From: a bacterium
Lineage (GTDB): Bacteria; JAJRZV01
Assembly (NCBI GenBank): GCA_024275095.1
Contig: JAJRZV010000002.1
Location: 1 to 49,468, forward strand
Direction of reading: 5' to 3'
Length of the DNA: 49,468 nt
Positions 10,093 to 20,429 of this stretch are shown in pieces. The stretch's first letter is position 1; each line of letters opens with the position of its first letter. The notes beneath the pieces are model-generated. The model was not told the DNA's origin. It did not search any database and saw nothing but the letters and a program-made list of their open reading frames with translations. The position numbers and the translations under genes are program-made.

Positions 10093-10108
10093 AAAAAGGA
10101 GGTGGAGT

Positions 10109-12022
10109 ATGTCAGAAACACCCTTTAAGGTTGAATACTCTAATATTCGCGAAATGATTGAAAAACGGGCTGAAGAGTCAGCAGATAATGTCTTTTTAGC
10201 CTTTTACGACCGTTACATCACCTTTGGAGAATTCAACGAGCTGGTAAACCGCTTTGCCAACGGGCTTTTGAACCTGGGTATAAAGAAGGGTGACGTCATT
10301 TACGTATACCTTCAGAACTCACCTGAACATCTTGTGGCATCGCTTGCTGCTGTCAAAATTGGTGCAATTGCCTGTCCAATCAATATTTTGTTAAAGCAGG
10401 AAGAAATCGAGTACGAGTTCAATGATTCAGGCGGCAAGCTGGTTGTCACTGAACCCATGTTTATGCCCATCGTGGAAGCCATAAGGCCCAACACACCTTC
10501 CATTCAACACATAGTGGAACTTTCCGACAGCCCGAAAGAAGGAAATGTCTCTTATCAGGCTCTGCTGGATGAGAACAGCCCGGAATTGCAGGATATTCCA
10601 ATAGATAAAAATGACCTCGCTTTCATTTTTTATACTTCAGGCACAACAGGCAAACCCAAAGGGGCCATGCTTACTCACTGGAACGTGGTTTTTTGTCTCG
10701 CGGGCATTCGGGAGGCACTGGGGCCACAGCCTGGAGAAGAGATTGATGAGGAATCGCAATGTGCATTGATCTTTCTGCCCATGTTCCATGTCAACGCGAT
10801 GATGTCACTTTTGAGCGGTATTTACCGGGGATTCAAGATTGCGTTGCTGAGAAAGTTCTCCGTGAGGGAATTCGGGCCCACGGTTGAAAAGGAGAAGTGC
10901 ACGTTTTTCAGTGCTGTACCCAAGGTTTACAAAATCCTGCTTGAAGCCAAGGATCAGGTACTGCAGTACGATCTCAGTTCATTGAAGTACGGTATCTGTG
11001 GTGCAGCACCCATGCCTCCGGAAACGATCAAAGAGTTTGAAAGAGAATACGGCATAGAAATTCTTGAAGGATACGGTCTTACAGAAGGAACCGTTGCCAG
11101 CACATTGCACCGTCGAGGGGGTAAAAAGAAAATTGGTTCCATTGGTCCGGCACTGCCTGGCCAGGAAGTAAAAATCATGGATGAGAATGGCAACCCCCTG
11201 CCACCCGGAGAGATAGGAGAGATCTGGATCAGGGGTGATAACGTAATGGTGGGTTACTGGGGTAAAGAAGAAGAAACAAAGAAAACTTTGGTTGATGGAT
11301 GGCTGCGCACAGGAGACATTGGATACATGGATGAGGAAGGTTTCTTTTACATTGTGGATCGGGCGAAAGATATGATTATCAAGGGTGGAGAGAACATCTA
11401 TCCCAAGGAAATCGAAGATGTGATTTCTCAGCACCCCAAGGTTCACGATGTGGCAGTGATCGGTGTTCCTGATGAACTCTCAGGAGAAGAAGTGAAAGCA
11501 TTTGTTGTTCCACGAATTGGTGAAAAAGTAGAGCCTGAAGAAATCATTGAATATTGCAAAGAGCGATTGGCAGATTTCAAGGTGCCCAGGTATGTAGAAA
11601 TTGTGCTCGCACTCCCGGTCAGCCCTGTAGGTAAAGTATTGAAAAAAGACCTGCGCAAAGGAAAGGGTTTTATCACGTTTAAAGAACTGGAAGAGGTCGG
11701 TGAACTCAATCTGGATATGCTTTTCCAGATGATGCCCTATCGTTTCAATAAGGAAAAAGCCGGTAACTGGGAAGCCCTGATACAGTATGAAGTGCACGGT
11801 AAGAACGGAGGTGAATGGTACATTGAGGTAAAAAATGGTGAAATGAAATCCGGAAAGGGGAAGGTGGATAATCCCACCTGCGTGGTAAAGACATACGACC
11901 TGGTACTTCAGAAACTTATTGCTAAAGAGCTGGACGGCATGACTGCCATTAACAGTGGACTCATTCAGATTGAAGGTAACGAGTCGGATATGGCCATCCT
12001 CAGTGAAGTGCTGGCTGGTTGA
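10109..12022 (+). CDS. Long-chain fatty acid--CoA ligase fused to a C-terminal SCP2 sterol-carrier domain
   Basis: YTSGTTGKPKG, EGYGLTE, LRTGD, KDMIIKGGENIYP; C-terminal FNKEKAG...IQYEV..GGEWY..DGMTAINSGLIQIEG; strong RBS AAGGAGG. Confidence 0.9.
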   Translation: MSETPFKVEYSNIREMIEKRAEESADNVFLAFYDRYITFGEFNELVNRFANGLLNLGIKKGDVIYVYLQNSPEHLVASLAAVKIGAIACPINILLKQEEIEYEFNDSGGKLVVTEPMFMPIVEAIRPNTPSIQHIVELSDSPKEGNVSYQALLDENSPELQDIPIDKNDLAFIFYTSGTTGKPKGAMLTHWNVVFCLAGIREALGPQPGEEIDEESQCALIFLPMFHVNAMMSLLSGIYRGFKIALLRKFSVREFGPTVEKEKCTFFSAVPKVYKILLEAKDQVLQYDLSSLKYGICGAAPMPPETIKEFEREYGIEILEGYGLTEGTVASTLHRRGGKKKIGSIGPALPGQEVKIMDENGNPLPPGEIGEIWIRGDNVMVGYWGKEEETKKTLVDGWLRTGDIGYMDEEGFFYIVDRAKDMIIKGGENIYPKEIEDVISQHPKVHDVAVIGVPDELSGEEVKAFVVPRIGEKVEPEEIIEYCKERLADFKVPRYVEIVLALPVSPVGKVLKKDLRKGKGFITFKELEEVGELNLDMLFQMMPYRFNKEKAGNWEALIQYEVHGKNGGEWYIEVKNGEMKSGKGKVDNPTCVVKTYDLVLQKLIAKELDGMTAINSGLIQIEGNESDMAILSEVLAG

Positions 12023-12050
12023 TTAACCTTTTCAAGGAGAGGTTTCCGGA

Positions 12051-12094
12051 TCCCCCGTGGATGACATCAAAATTATCCATGGGGGAATTTTTTT
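12051..12094 (+). terminator. Rho-independent terminator
   Basis: TCCCCCGTGGATGA / TTATCCATGGGGGA stem followed by a T-run. Confidence 0.75.
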
Positions 12095-12159
12095 ATCTGG
12101 TTTGTCGGGTATCGAGAGGTTAAAAAAGATGTCAATAATCTTGCTCATAAGCAATAAAA

Positions 12160-12236
<77 letters not shown>

Positions 12237-12249
12237 CCGTTGTGAAATG

Positions 12250-12279
12250 ATTATAAGGGAGGCATTTTTTTACTGTCAA
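12250..12279 (-). promoter_or_regulatory. Consensus sigma70 promoter of tRNA-fMet
   Basis: Minus strand TTGACA-N18-TATAAT directly upstream of the tRNA. Confidence 0.75.
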
Positions 12280-12330
12280 CGCTCCGTATAGCAGTATGCG
12301 AGTTTATATAAAATTACGTTTACAAGGATT

Positions 12331-13968
12331 TCAGATCCGCTTGCGCCAGTCGGGCATTTCCTTGTCTCTATCCCATCCGTGGTCTGTCTTTTCCTTTTCT
12401 TCAGCAATCAACTGATGTTTGACCACGCGTCCCGTGGGAGTGTACGGTAGCCTTTCTACAAACTCGATGAAACGCGGAACCTTAAAATATGCAAGTTGTT
12501 TACCAACGTGAAGCACAATATCTTCCGGTGATACCTGTTCACCACCGCGCAGGAGTATAATGGCTTTTATTTCTTCGCCTCGCATGGGATCGTGTACGGG
12601 AATCACAGCACAGTCCTGAACAGCGGGGTGATCCTTAATAACCGCTTCCACTTCCCATGCAGCGATGTTTTCACCAGAGCGACGAATGATGAATTTTTTC
12701 CTTTCAACAAAGTATGTAAATCCTTTTTCATCGCGTTTTACTATATCACCTGAACGGAGCCAGCCGTCCTTGAGGGTTTCCTGTGTCCTTTCTTCGTCCA
12801 TGAAGTATCCCTTCATGGTACACGGGCTGCGCCTGATGAGTTCACCTGTGGAACCAACAGGCACGTCGTTGCCGTTCTCGTCGACCACGCGTACTTCATG
12901 CCCGAGGTCCCAGAAAGCGGGAACACCAAAAGAACCAAGCATGCGCAGAGATTTATCTCCGTGATTGAGAAAGGGCAGTGGATCTTCGGTCTGACTGTAT
13001 CCCTCGAGGATAGTCAGATTGTATCGTTCTTCAAATTTTTCCCAGAGTTCTCGAGGGGTTCCTCCCACGATGACAAAGTCTGCTGGTGTGGTTTTGTCTT
13101 CCGGGCTTTCAGGAAGTGAATAAATGATCTGCATAAGAGAACCCAGTGCATTAAATGCTTTTGCTTCGTAGTCTCGAATTTCCTTCCAGAATTTCTGAGG
13201 TGAAAAACGGTCAGAAAGGATGAGACGCCTACCGGCAACCATCATCCCGAGTGAAGAATATATCTGTGCGTTGATGTGGAACAGGGGCAGGCATGTGTAA
13301 TCACTTTCAATCTTTTCTATTGGCCAGAGGCTGATGGCTTTGGCGGCGAGCGCGTATGAACGCTGCGTGAGCATGGCGCCCTTTGGAAGACCTGTTGTAC
13401 CGGATGTATAAATAATTGCGAACAGGTCTTCTTCTGTGAGGTTCACGGCAACATCAGCAAGGGTGACAGAATTGGCAAGGGATGAGAGCGTTTCACCGTC
13501 ACCCTCTGTTTTTATCACGGTTTTTACCCCGGGTAATTTGGGCAGGACCTTTTCTACTATGGGGTAAAGGTCTTCGTCTGCAACCACAAGGGAGGATTGA
13601 GAATTGCCGACAATGTATTCCACTTCACGTTCTCGGTAGAACCAGTTGACCGGGACTTCGATGGCGCCAATCTTACCACAGGCATAAATACAGCCGAGAT
13701 ACCACGGAGAGTTTTTCATGTAAAGGGCGATTCTGTCACCTTTTTGGATACCTTTGGAAAGAAACACGGAGGCGATTCTGTCTACCAGTTCTTTAAAAGC
13801 TCCGTAGGTAAACGATTGTCCTGTAGGTGCAAATTGGAGATACACATTGTCTCTCCACAAACGAGCAGCTGCAGATAAAATACCGTAAACTGTTGTGCTC
13901 TCAAGAATACTTTTTTCGAGTTTTGCCTTTGCTGTTTCGAAGCTGGACCATTTTTTGATTTCATCCAT
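12331..13968 (-). CDS. AMP-dependent acyl-CoA ligase (CaiC-like)
   Basis: YTSGTTGLPKG, LPLFHINAQ, EGYSQTE, LRSGD, IIRRSGENIAAWEVE. Confidence 0.88.
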   Translation of the reverse strand: MDEIKKWSSFETAKAKLEKSILESTTVYGILSAAARLWRDNVYLQFAPTGQSFTYGAFKELVDRIASVFLSKGIQKGDRIALYMKNSPWYLGCIYACGKIGAIEVPVNWFYREREVEYIVGNSQSSLVVADEDLYPIVEKVLPKLPGVKTVIKTEGDGETLSSLANSVTLADVAVNLTEEDLFAIIYTSGTTGLPKGAMLTQRSYALAAKAISLWPIEKIESDYTCLPLFHINAQIYSSLGMMVAGRRLILSDRFSPQKFWKEIRDYEAKAFNALGSLMQIIYSLPESPEDKTTPADFVIVGGTPRELWEKFEERYNLTILEGYSQTEDPLPFLNHGDKSLRMLGSFGVPAFWDLGHEVRVVDENGNDVPVGSTGELIRRSPCTMKGYFMDEERTQETLKDGWLRSGDIVKRDEKGFTYFVERKKFIIRRSGENIAAWEVEAVIKDHPAVQDCAVIPVHDPMRGEEIKAIILLRGGEQVSPEDIVLHVGKQLAYFKVPRFIEFVERLPYTPTGRVVKHQLIAEEKEKTDHGWDRDKEMPDWRKRI

Positions 13969-14028
13969 TGTTCCCCTCCTTGAAAAATGAATGTGCTTTT
14001 TCTCCTTTCACGAATTCTCTTGTATATA

Positions 14029-14886
14029 TTACTTTTTCAACTCTTTGATCCATCCTTCAAGATCGGAATATACAATTTCCTTTTCTGGTTCGTTAAAAAT
14101 CTCGTGGTAAAGTTGAGGATAACGTATAAACTTCTTTTTGCGTGAACTGCTTCTTTTTACAAATTCCTCGCTGGCATCGGGATCGGTAAGCATGTCACTT
14201 CCTCCATGCATAACAAGAAGAGGGTAATACATCGTGTGTGCCCTGTTCATTGTGTCTTCCATTGCTCTTAGGGTGTTGAAAAACCACCTTACACTCACTT
14301 TTCGATGGACAAGAGGATCTTCTACATACTTTTTGACCACTTCCTTATCACGTGAAAGATTTGAAGGGTCTATCCCGTTGGGCATGGAGAACGTTGGAAA
14401 CAAACGCAAAAGCAACCTTCCCAGGAGCACCTTCCAGCGGGGTACAGGGGCTTTAATCCGCAATAGAGGGCCCGATGCGATGATCGCCTTCATGTTGGGC
14501 GTGGAATATATAAGTCCATATCTCAACACGATCAGGCCGCCCATGCTGTGACCGATGAGAAATCCCGGTACATCCTTTCTTTCCTCTGCTATAAATTGCC
14601 AGAATATATCCACATCATCTATGTACTGCTGAAAGTCAGCCACATCGCCCCTTTTTCCTCCGGAACGCCCGTGTCCCCGAAGGTCAAAGGCGGCCACGTC
14701 GTACCCTAAGCTATTAAAGTAGGAAGCAAAATGCTCATACCGGCCCGAATGCTCTCCCAGGCCATGAACAACAACAAAAAAGCCGATTCGTTTATCCGTT
14801 GTGGCAGGCCACAGCCTAAAAAAGAGTTCTGTGCCATCGTGACTCTTTATGAAATTTTTTGAATTATTTTGTGTGTCTGTGGTCAT
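14029..14886 (-). CDS. Lysophospholipase / monoacylglycerol lipase (alpha/beta hydrolase)
   Basis: VHGLGEHSGRY, DLRGHGRS, GHSMGG, YHEIFNEP; ATG at 14886 preferred over 14985. Confidence 0.88.
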   Translation of the reverse strand: MTTDTQNNSKNFIKSHDGTELFFRLWPATTDKRIGFFVVVHGLGEHSGRYEHFASYFNSLGYDVAAFDLRGHGRSGGKRGDVADFQQYIDDVDIFWQFIAEERKDVPGFLIGHSMGGLIVLRYGLIYSTPNMKAIIASGPLLRIKAPVPRWKVLLGRLLLRLFPTFSMPNGIDPSNLSRDKEVVKKYVEDPLVHRKVSVRWFFNTLRAMEDTMNRAHTMYYPLLVMHGGSDMLTDPDASEEFVKRSSSRKKKFIRYPQLYHEIFNEPEKEIVYSDLEGWIKELKK

Positions 14887-15011
14887 GGTACCCCCATTTC
14901 CAGAGTGCCTGTATTTTACAGGATGCAAGCAGGAATGATACAGACCTTGATTTTCACAGCCCTCTCCAATAAAGTAATGTCTCAATAATTTTTAACAAAA
15001 AGGTGGGGCTG

Positions 15012-16046
15012 ATGAGAAGTAAAATCCTTGAATTAAGAGAAAAGGTGCTGAGCGGAGAGTGTCCTGCACGCAGGGCTTTTTATGAATTGAAGAGTATGCC
15101 CCGGCTGGAGATGTGGGAGTTCATATTCGGTGGTGGAATTATTCGTGAACATTATGCAGGACAGGAAGTTTTTATGTGTGCTATTGCCAATGTGAAATCT
15201 GGAGGATGTTCAGAAGATTGTGCTTTCTGCGCCCAGTCCTCGCGAAGCAAAGCAAATATTCCACGTTATGACCTTATTGAGGACATCGAAAACCTGGTGG
15301 AGAAGGCAAGGATAACAGCCGAAAAAGGTGCCTCTGAATTCTGTCTGGTGGCTGCATGGAAAAAACCTGGCCGAAACAGTGAACGTATTTTGAAGACAAT
15401 AGAACGCATAAAAGAGGAAGCCGAGGTTGAAGTGGCAGTGTCACTGGGTCATATAGATGCTTCGTTTGCAAGGGAGCTCAAGGATGCGGGTGCTGTCAGG
15501 TACAATCATAATCTGGAGACATCGGAGCAGTTTTTCCCGAAAATCTGTTCTACCCATCCATGGCGGGATCATGTGAGAACCGTAGAGGTTCTCAAAGAAG
15601 CAGGGCTTGAGGTGTGCAGTGGAGGGATTATAGGCATGGGGGAGAGCTGGGATGATCGAGTGGACCTTGCATTTAGTTTGAGAGAGCTGGATGTGGAGCA
15701 TATCCCCGTTAACATACTCATTCCGATTCCAGGGACCCCCCTCGCTGATGCAGCTCCTCCGGAGCCCTTGGAGTCGCTCGCTTCAATAGCGCTCTTCAGG
15801 TACGTCAACCCTACTAAAACCATCATTGTGGCAGGTGGAAGGGAGCGGAACCTCAGGGATTTGCAATCGTATATCTTCGCAGCCGGGGCTAACGGTTTCA
15901 TAGGGGGAGATTATCTGACGACCAGGGGTCGTTCCATAGAAGAGGATCTTCAGATGGTTAAGGACCTTGGATTGAAATTCAGACGGTTGAGTGGGTTTAA
16001 TAGAATACCAGAAGATTTAAATCTAATAGAGGGAGGTACCAAATGA
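15012..16046 (+). CDS. bioB: Biotin synthase (radical SAM)
   Basis: NVKSGGCSEDCAFCAQS, YNHNLETS, CSGGIIGMGE, GDYLTT. Confidence 0.93.
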   Translation: MRSKILELREKVLSGECPARRAFYELKSMPRLEMWEFIFGGGIIREHYAGQEVFMCAIANVKSGGCSEDCAFCAQSSRSKANIPRYDLIEDIENLVEKARITAEKGASEFCLVAAWKKPGRNSERILKTIERIKEEAEVEVAVSLGHIDASFARELKDAGAVRYNHNLETSEQFFPKICSTHPWRDHVRTVEVLKEAGLEVCSGGIIGMGESWDDRVDLAFSLRELDVEHIPVNILIPIPGTPLADAAPPEPLESLASIALFRYVNPTKTIIVAGGRERNLRDLQSYIFAAGANGFIGGDYLTTRGRSIEEDLQMVKDLGLKFRRLSGFNRIPEDLNLIEGGTK

Positions 16047-17083
16047 AGAGGGTGACGTGGTTATACGTAGCATGTTGTATTGCACTGACAGCTGGGTGTG
16101 CCCGTAAAGAGGGTAAGGTTGTTGCCCGTGTGGGGAGTGAGACCATTACCACCGCGGATTTGAAAGCTGAGCTGAATAGAATGAGGCGTCCCCCCACAGA
16201 GCGGGATGTGAAAAGAGTACTCAATAAATTAATTACGGACGCGGCTTTTGTGGCAGAGGCCAAAAAGCGCGGAATAGACAGGCGTCCTGAGTTTGTCAGA
16301 GAGGTTGAGAATTATAAGAAGCGACTGCTCATGAAATTGCTCAATCAGGAGATTATGAAAAGTGAAGCACGTAAAACAATCAGTGAAAAAGAGCTGAGGG
16401 AGTATTACGAAAAGAATAAAAACTTCTACAGGGCTCGCAAGACGTTTGTGATCAATCACATTACGGCTGCAAGTGAAAAACTGGCCAAAAAAATAATAAA
16501 ACAATGGAAGAAGGCCAAAAAAGCTGATCTGAGACAGATAGCGAAGAAGCTAATGCAGGAGTCTCCAGGTAAGATAAACATCACGGAAAGGGAATACGTG
16601 GAAGTGCCCTCAAGAAAGTACGGAGCGGAATTTTCAAAAGAACTGGAGAAGCTTCACAATGGTGATGTTTCAAAGATTATTCGAGGCAGAGATGGACGCT
16701 GGCATGTAGTGCAGGTTGTGAGCAGACGCGACATTCCAGAGCGTTCCTTCGAGCAGGTCAAGAATAATATAAAAATGCGTCTTATGGCTCAACGGCGTTC
16801 AGCAGCTTCAACGAAATTCAGGGAAGAATTGAGAAAGAATTATAAGCCGAAAATATACGATACCATCCTCCAGGAGTTTATCAAAAACATTGCCAAGGCA
16901 AGGGAAAAAGCACCTTTTACTCTTCCGGGACTCGGCAAGAAGAAACCCCCTGCTGCTCGGACGCCAGGAGTAGAAAAAACCCCGAAAAAGGTAATACCAG
17001 GCACTCCGCCATCTCCTCCAGGACCTGGCCGCCCCCTTCCGTCTCCAAGAAAAGGCAAAGAGGCCCCAGCACCTCAAAAATAA
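16043..17083 (+). CDS. PpiC/PrsA-like peptidyl-prolyl isomerase or chaperone lipoprotein with Pro-rich tail
   Basis: Lipobox LTAGC; VVARVGSETIT; EAKKRGID; GDVSKII..GRWHVVQV; SFEQVKNNI. Confidence 0.75.
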   Translation: MKRVTWLYVACCIALTAGCARKEGKVVARVGSETITTADLKAELNRMRRPPTERDVKRVLNKLITDAAFVAEAKKRGIDRRPEFVREVENYKKRLLMKLLNQEIMKSEARKTISEKELREYYEKNKNFYRARKTFVINHITAASEKLAKKIIKQWKKAKKADLRQIAKKLMQESPGKINITEREYVEVPSRKYGAEFSKELEKLHNGDVSKIIRGRDGRWHVVQVVSRRDIPERSFEQVKNNIKMRLMAQRRSAASTKFREELRKNYKPKIYDTILQEFIKNIAKAREKAPFTLPGLGKKKPPAARTPGVEKTPKKVIPGTPPSPPGPGRPLPSPRKGKEAPAPQK

Positions 17084-17096
17084 GAAGAGGAAGCTA

Positions 17097-18035
17097 TCAA
17101 CCCGGGGACTGAGGGGACTGACATATTTCCGGGTAGTGCGTTATCAGACCAGGAGGGACGAAAGGCGGTGATACACCTGACATCTGCATGAACATAATAG
17201 CGTTTGCTGGAGCCTGTCCTCGAGGATGGTTGTTGAAGATCACAAAGACTTTGCCGACGTTTCTACTCAGCGCACGTTTTACCATTCTTACAAAAGGCTG
17301 CAATTCAACGCGGGTGTAAAAGTAGTCGTAACGCTTCCCTTCTCCTGATGGGTCATCCTCCCACCATGCGTTACGGTTTCTTCCGTGAAAACGCAGGTAC
17401 AAAAAGTCCTGTTGTACATATAAATACAAAGGCGGCCTGAAGGATGAACGGGAGCGAGGTTCATCAGTGATGACAATGGTGAAATTGTATTTATTACGCA
17501 TTCTTTTCAGTACATCCATATTGTCAGACCATGAGTGGTGTCGCAGCTCAACAGCAACTGGACAGAAGGAGAAGAGCTCCAAAAGCTTTTCCAGATAAAA
17601 TGCGTTTCCTCTACTGTAGTGAAATCGAGGAGGGAATTGCATGATAAGACATCCCAGCGTGTTTGCTGTTTGAAGAACCCTTAAAAAGTTGCTTACCGAT
17701 GTAACATCATTCTCAAAGGCGGCATCTTTTCCTTTTAAATCTCCATGTGTCAAGCGATTCCACAGTTTTACCGTGAAATAGAAACCATGTGGAACTCGTT
17801 GAACCCACGATCTTGCTGTTGAAGGTGACATGAGTCGATAAAAGGTGCTGTTGACTTCCACACAATTAAAAACACGTGAATAAAAACCCAGTTCATCTGC
17901 TGTGCCGGGTGGATAGAAGATATTATTCCAAGAGTTCTTTCCTCCCGGGTAACTCCAACCGGCAGTACCTATAAAAATTGTATTGTTTAAAGTGTCCACT
18001 CCCAATACATATGTATAACCCATCTGAATAACCAT
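17097..18035 (-). CDS. DUF72 domain protein
   Basis: IGTAGWSY, VEVNSTFY, QFPPRF, AVELRH, YLRFHGRN, FNNH; exact start uncertain. Confidence 0.88.
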   Translation of the reverse strand: MVIQMGYTYVLGVDTLNNTIFIGTAGWSYPGGKNSWNNIFYPPGTADELGFYSRVFNCVEVNSTFYRLMSPSTARSWVQRVPHGFYFTVKLWNRLTHGDLKGKDAAFENDVTSVSNFLRVLQTANTLGCLIMQFPPRFHYSRGNAFYLEKLLELFSFCPVAVELRHHSWSDNMDVLKRMRNKYNFTIVITDEPRSRSSFRPPLYLYVQQDFLYLRFHGRNRNAWWEDDPSGEGKRYDYFYTRVELQPFVRMVKRALSRNVGKVFVIFNNHPRGQAPANAIMFMQMSGVSPPFVPPGLITHYPEICQSPQSPG

Positions 18036-18115
18036 GTTAATTTATTTTTTGTTTTGTTGAGCTTTGATGCTATTTTTGTTGTCAATTCAAGATTGATATT
18101 TTAAATTTATTTTCT

Positions 18116-18499
18116 GTGATGAGCCCGCGGAAAGTTCTTATAGTCGACGATTCCAAAGTTGTACACGCAATACTGGGAATGCTTTTCAAACGGTACAATG
18201 GTTGCCACGTCATAGATGCATTCAACGGGGATGAAGCGCTTAAGATACTCGAAAAGGAAGAGGATTTTGACCTCATAGTTCTCGATCTTAATATGCCTGT
18301 ACTGGATGGTCTCACCTTTCTCAAAATTGCGGGTGAGCGCGGCCTTACAAAAAAAATCCCTATCGTGGTTTGCAGCGAAGCAGATGAAGAGACCGTCCAG
18401 AAATCTCTTCAAAGTGGTGCACGAGCACTTCTCAGAAAACCTTTTAAAAACACCCAATTTTTCGAGGTGGTTGAGAAAGTTCTTTCTGGTGAGTTTTGA
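18116..18499 (+). CDS. Single-domain response regulator (CheY-like)
   Basis: VLIVDDS, IVLDLNMPVLDG, LRKPF. Confidence 0.9.
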   Translation: MMSPRKVLIVDDSKVVHAILGMLFKRYNGCHVIDAFNGDEALKILEKEEDFDLIVLDLNMPVLDGLTFLKIAGERGLTKKIPIVVCSEADEETVQKSLQSGARALLRKPFKNTQFFEVVEKVLSGEF

Positions 18500-18564
18500 T
18501 TTTTTTCGAAACCTGGATTTTTGTAGATTTTAAAAAAGATCGCATGTCCTGCTGGAGTTGAAGA

Positions 18565-19662
18565 TTGATTAAATGGGGAAGGGTTTATGTCTTCTTTATT
18601 CTTACTGGTGCATTTCTTATTCCTTTACAGGGAAACTCAGGACTTGTATCTGTAAAGGAGTTTTTACAATTAGATAAATGTGGAGAAGTGACAAACAGCG
18701 TGTACTTGAAAAGATTTGTATGTGCGGGTCATAGCATTTCTTTTATCAATAGTGCAAATTTTATAGGGATAGATAATCAGGTAATATATACATCTGCACC
18801 AGTGTACTGCACAAAAGAAGATTGCTTTATTCCTTATCATGTGGCAGAAAATCTGAGAGCTCTTCTTCAGGGAAAAAAAATTACAATACTCAAGAACCAG
18901 AAAAAAACAACACTATTGAAATACGAAGTTTCACCATTTTTCAATTTTTACCCACGCGAGGAATTCATCAGAAAAGTTGCTGCACACTCAGGTATCATTT
19001 TAATTGACCCTGGGCACGGGGGTGAAGATTCCGGGGCGATAAGCCCAAGCGGCTTGAAAGAGAAAGACCTTGTTCTCGACATAGCCCTGCGATTGCAGCG
19101 AAAATTGCAATCCAAAGGTTTTAAAACATTGCTCACACGCACAAAGGATATTTACGTGCCCCTTGAAGAACGTTCTCGCATTTCCATGCAGGCGACTCCT
19201 GATCTTTTTCTCAGCATTCACGCAAATTATGCGTCCAATTCTGAAGCCCGGGGAGTGGAGATTTACTATGCAGGTTTTTTTGCTTCTGATGTTCAGGCAG
19301 AAAGAGTTGCAGAAATTGAAAATACCGGGAAAAAAATTAATCCTCAGGTAATGCGCATTGTTGCTGATCTTATTCTCTGGAGACAGCTTGAGCTGAGCCT
19401 CAGGTACGCGAAAATTTTTCACTATTTTTTTTCCAGGTACAGCAAAACACCGAGCCGGGGAGCAAGAAAAGGGCCTTTCTGGATATTACTGAGTGCTGGT
19501 GCGCCTTCTATTTTGCTTGAGGTAGGTTTTCTCAGCAACAGGAAAGAAGAGAAATTGCTTCGGAGCAAAGAATACAAGGAAGAACTCGTTGATGTAATAA
19601 TGATGGCTATAGTAAACTCCCTTCAATTGAAAGAAACATGGAAAAATGGATTTCTCAGGTAA
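18565..19662 (+). CDS. N-acetylmuramoyl-L-alanine amidase (Amidase_3)
   Basis: IDPGHGGED, EKDLVL, FLSIHAN, PSILLEVGFLSN; N-terminal signal-like segment. Confidence 0.9.
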   Translation: MIKWGRVYVFFILTGAFLIPLQGNSGLVSVKEFLQLDKCGEVTNSVYLKRFVCAGHSISFINSANFIGIDNQVIYTSAPVYCTKEDCFIPYHVAENLRALLQGKKITILKNQKKTTLLKYEVSPFFNFYPREEFIRKVAAHSGIILIDPGHGGEDSGAISPSGLKEKDLVLDIALRLQRKLQSKGFKTLLTRTKDIYVPLEERSRISMQATPDLFLSIHANYASNSEARGVEIYYAGFFASDVQAERVAEIENTGKKINPQVMRIVADLILWRQLELSLRYAKIFHYFFSRYSKTPSRGARKGPFWILLSAGAPSILLEVGFLSNRKEEKLLRSKEYKEELVDVIMMAIVNSLQLKETWKNGFLR

Positions 19663-19706
19663 CGGTTGACCCGGTACATCCGGACAGTAGTCCTTAGGAG
19701 TTTCAT

Positions 19707-20429
19707 GTGGAGATAGTTGACGGGAGAAAGCCTGATGAAATCAGGCCTTTGAAGGTGGAAATTGGTGTGCTCAAGTATCCCCCAGGTTCCTGTCTTATAT
19801 CAATGGGAGATACCAAGGTTCTCTGTGCTGCATCGGTGGAAGAGGGTGTTCCTCAATTTCTCAAGGGTACAGGTCAGGGCTGGATTACTGCAGAATACTC
19901 CATGCTTCCCGGATCCACTCACTCCAGAAAGCTGAGAGAGGGCCAGGGGGGACGTTACCAGGGACGAACGTATGAAATTCAACGCCTTATCGGACGATCA
20001 CTTCGCGCAGCAGTTAACCTTGAAGTATTGGGAGAGCGTACGATATGGGTGGATTGCGATGTTATTCAGGCAGATGGAGGGACACGTACCGCTGCAATTA
20101 ATGGAGGATTCATAGCTCTTTCGAAAGCTCTGGAAAAGATGATGGAGGCAGGTATGATTGATGAGAATCCTGTTAAGAGTCCAGTAGCAGCAGTGAGCGT
20201 GGGTGTGGTAGAAGGAGTGAGTCTTCTCGATTTGTCTTACGTCGAGGATTTAAACGCGGAAGTTGACATGAACGTGGTAATGAATGCCAGAGGTGAATAC
20301 ATTGAAATCCAGGGTACTTCGGAGAAAGAACCATTTGATGACGTAAAACTTAAAGAACTGCTGGAGCTTTCAAAGAAGGGCATAAGGCAAATTATGAACA
20401 TTTTGTTGCAAGCGATTAGTTTAAAATGA
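19707..20429 (+). CDS. rph: Ribonuclease PH
   Basis: [40 protein letters not shown]. Confidence 0.96.
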   Translation: MEIVDGRKPDEIRPLKVEIGVLKYPPGSCLISMGDTKVLCAASVEEGVPQFLKGTGQGWITAEYSMLPGSTHSRKLREGQGGRYQGRTYEIQRLIGRSLRAAVNLEVLGERTIWVDCDVIQADGGTRTAAINGGFIALSKALEKMMEAGMIDENPVKSPVAAVSVGVVEGVSLLDLSYVEDLNAEVDMNVVMNARGEYIEIQGTSEKEPFDDVKLKELLELSKKGIRQIMNILLQAISLK

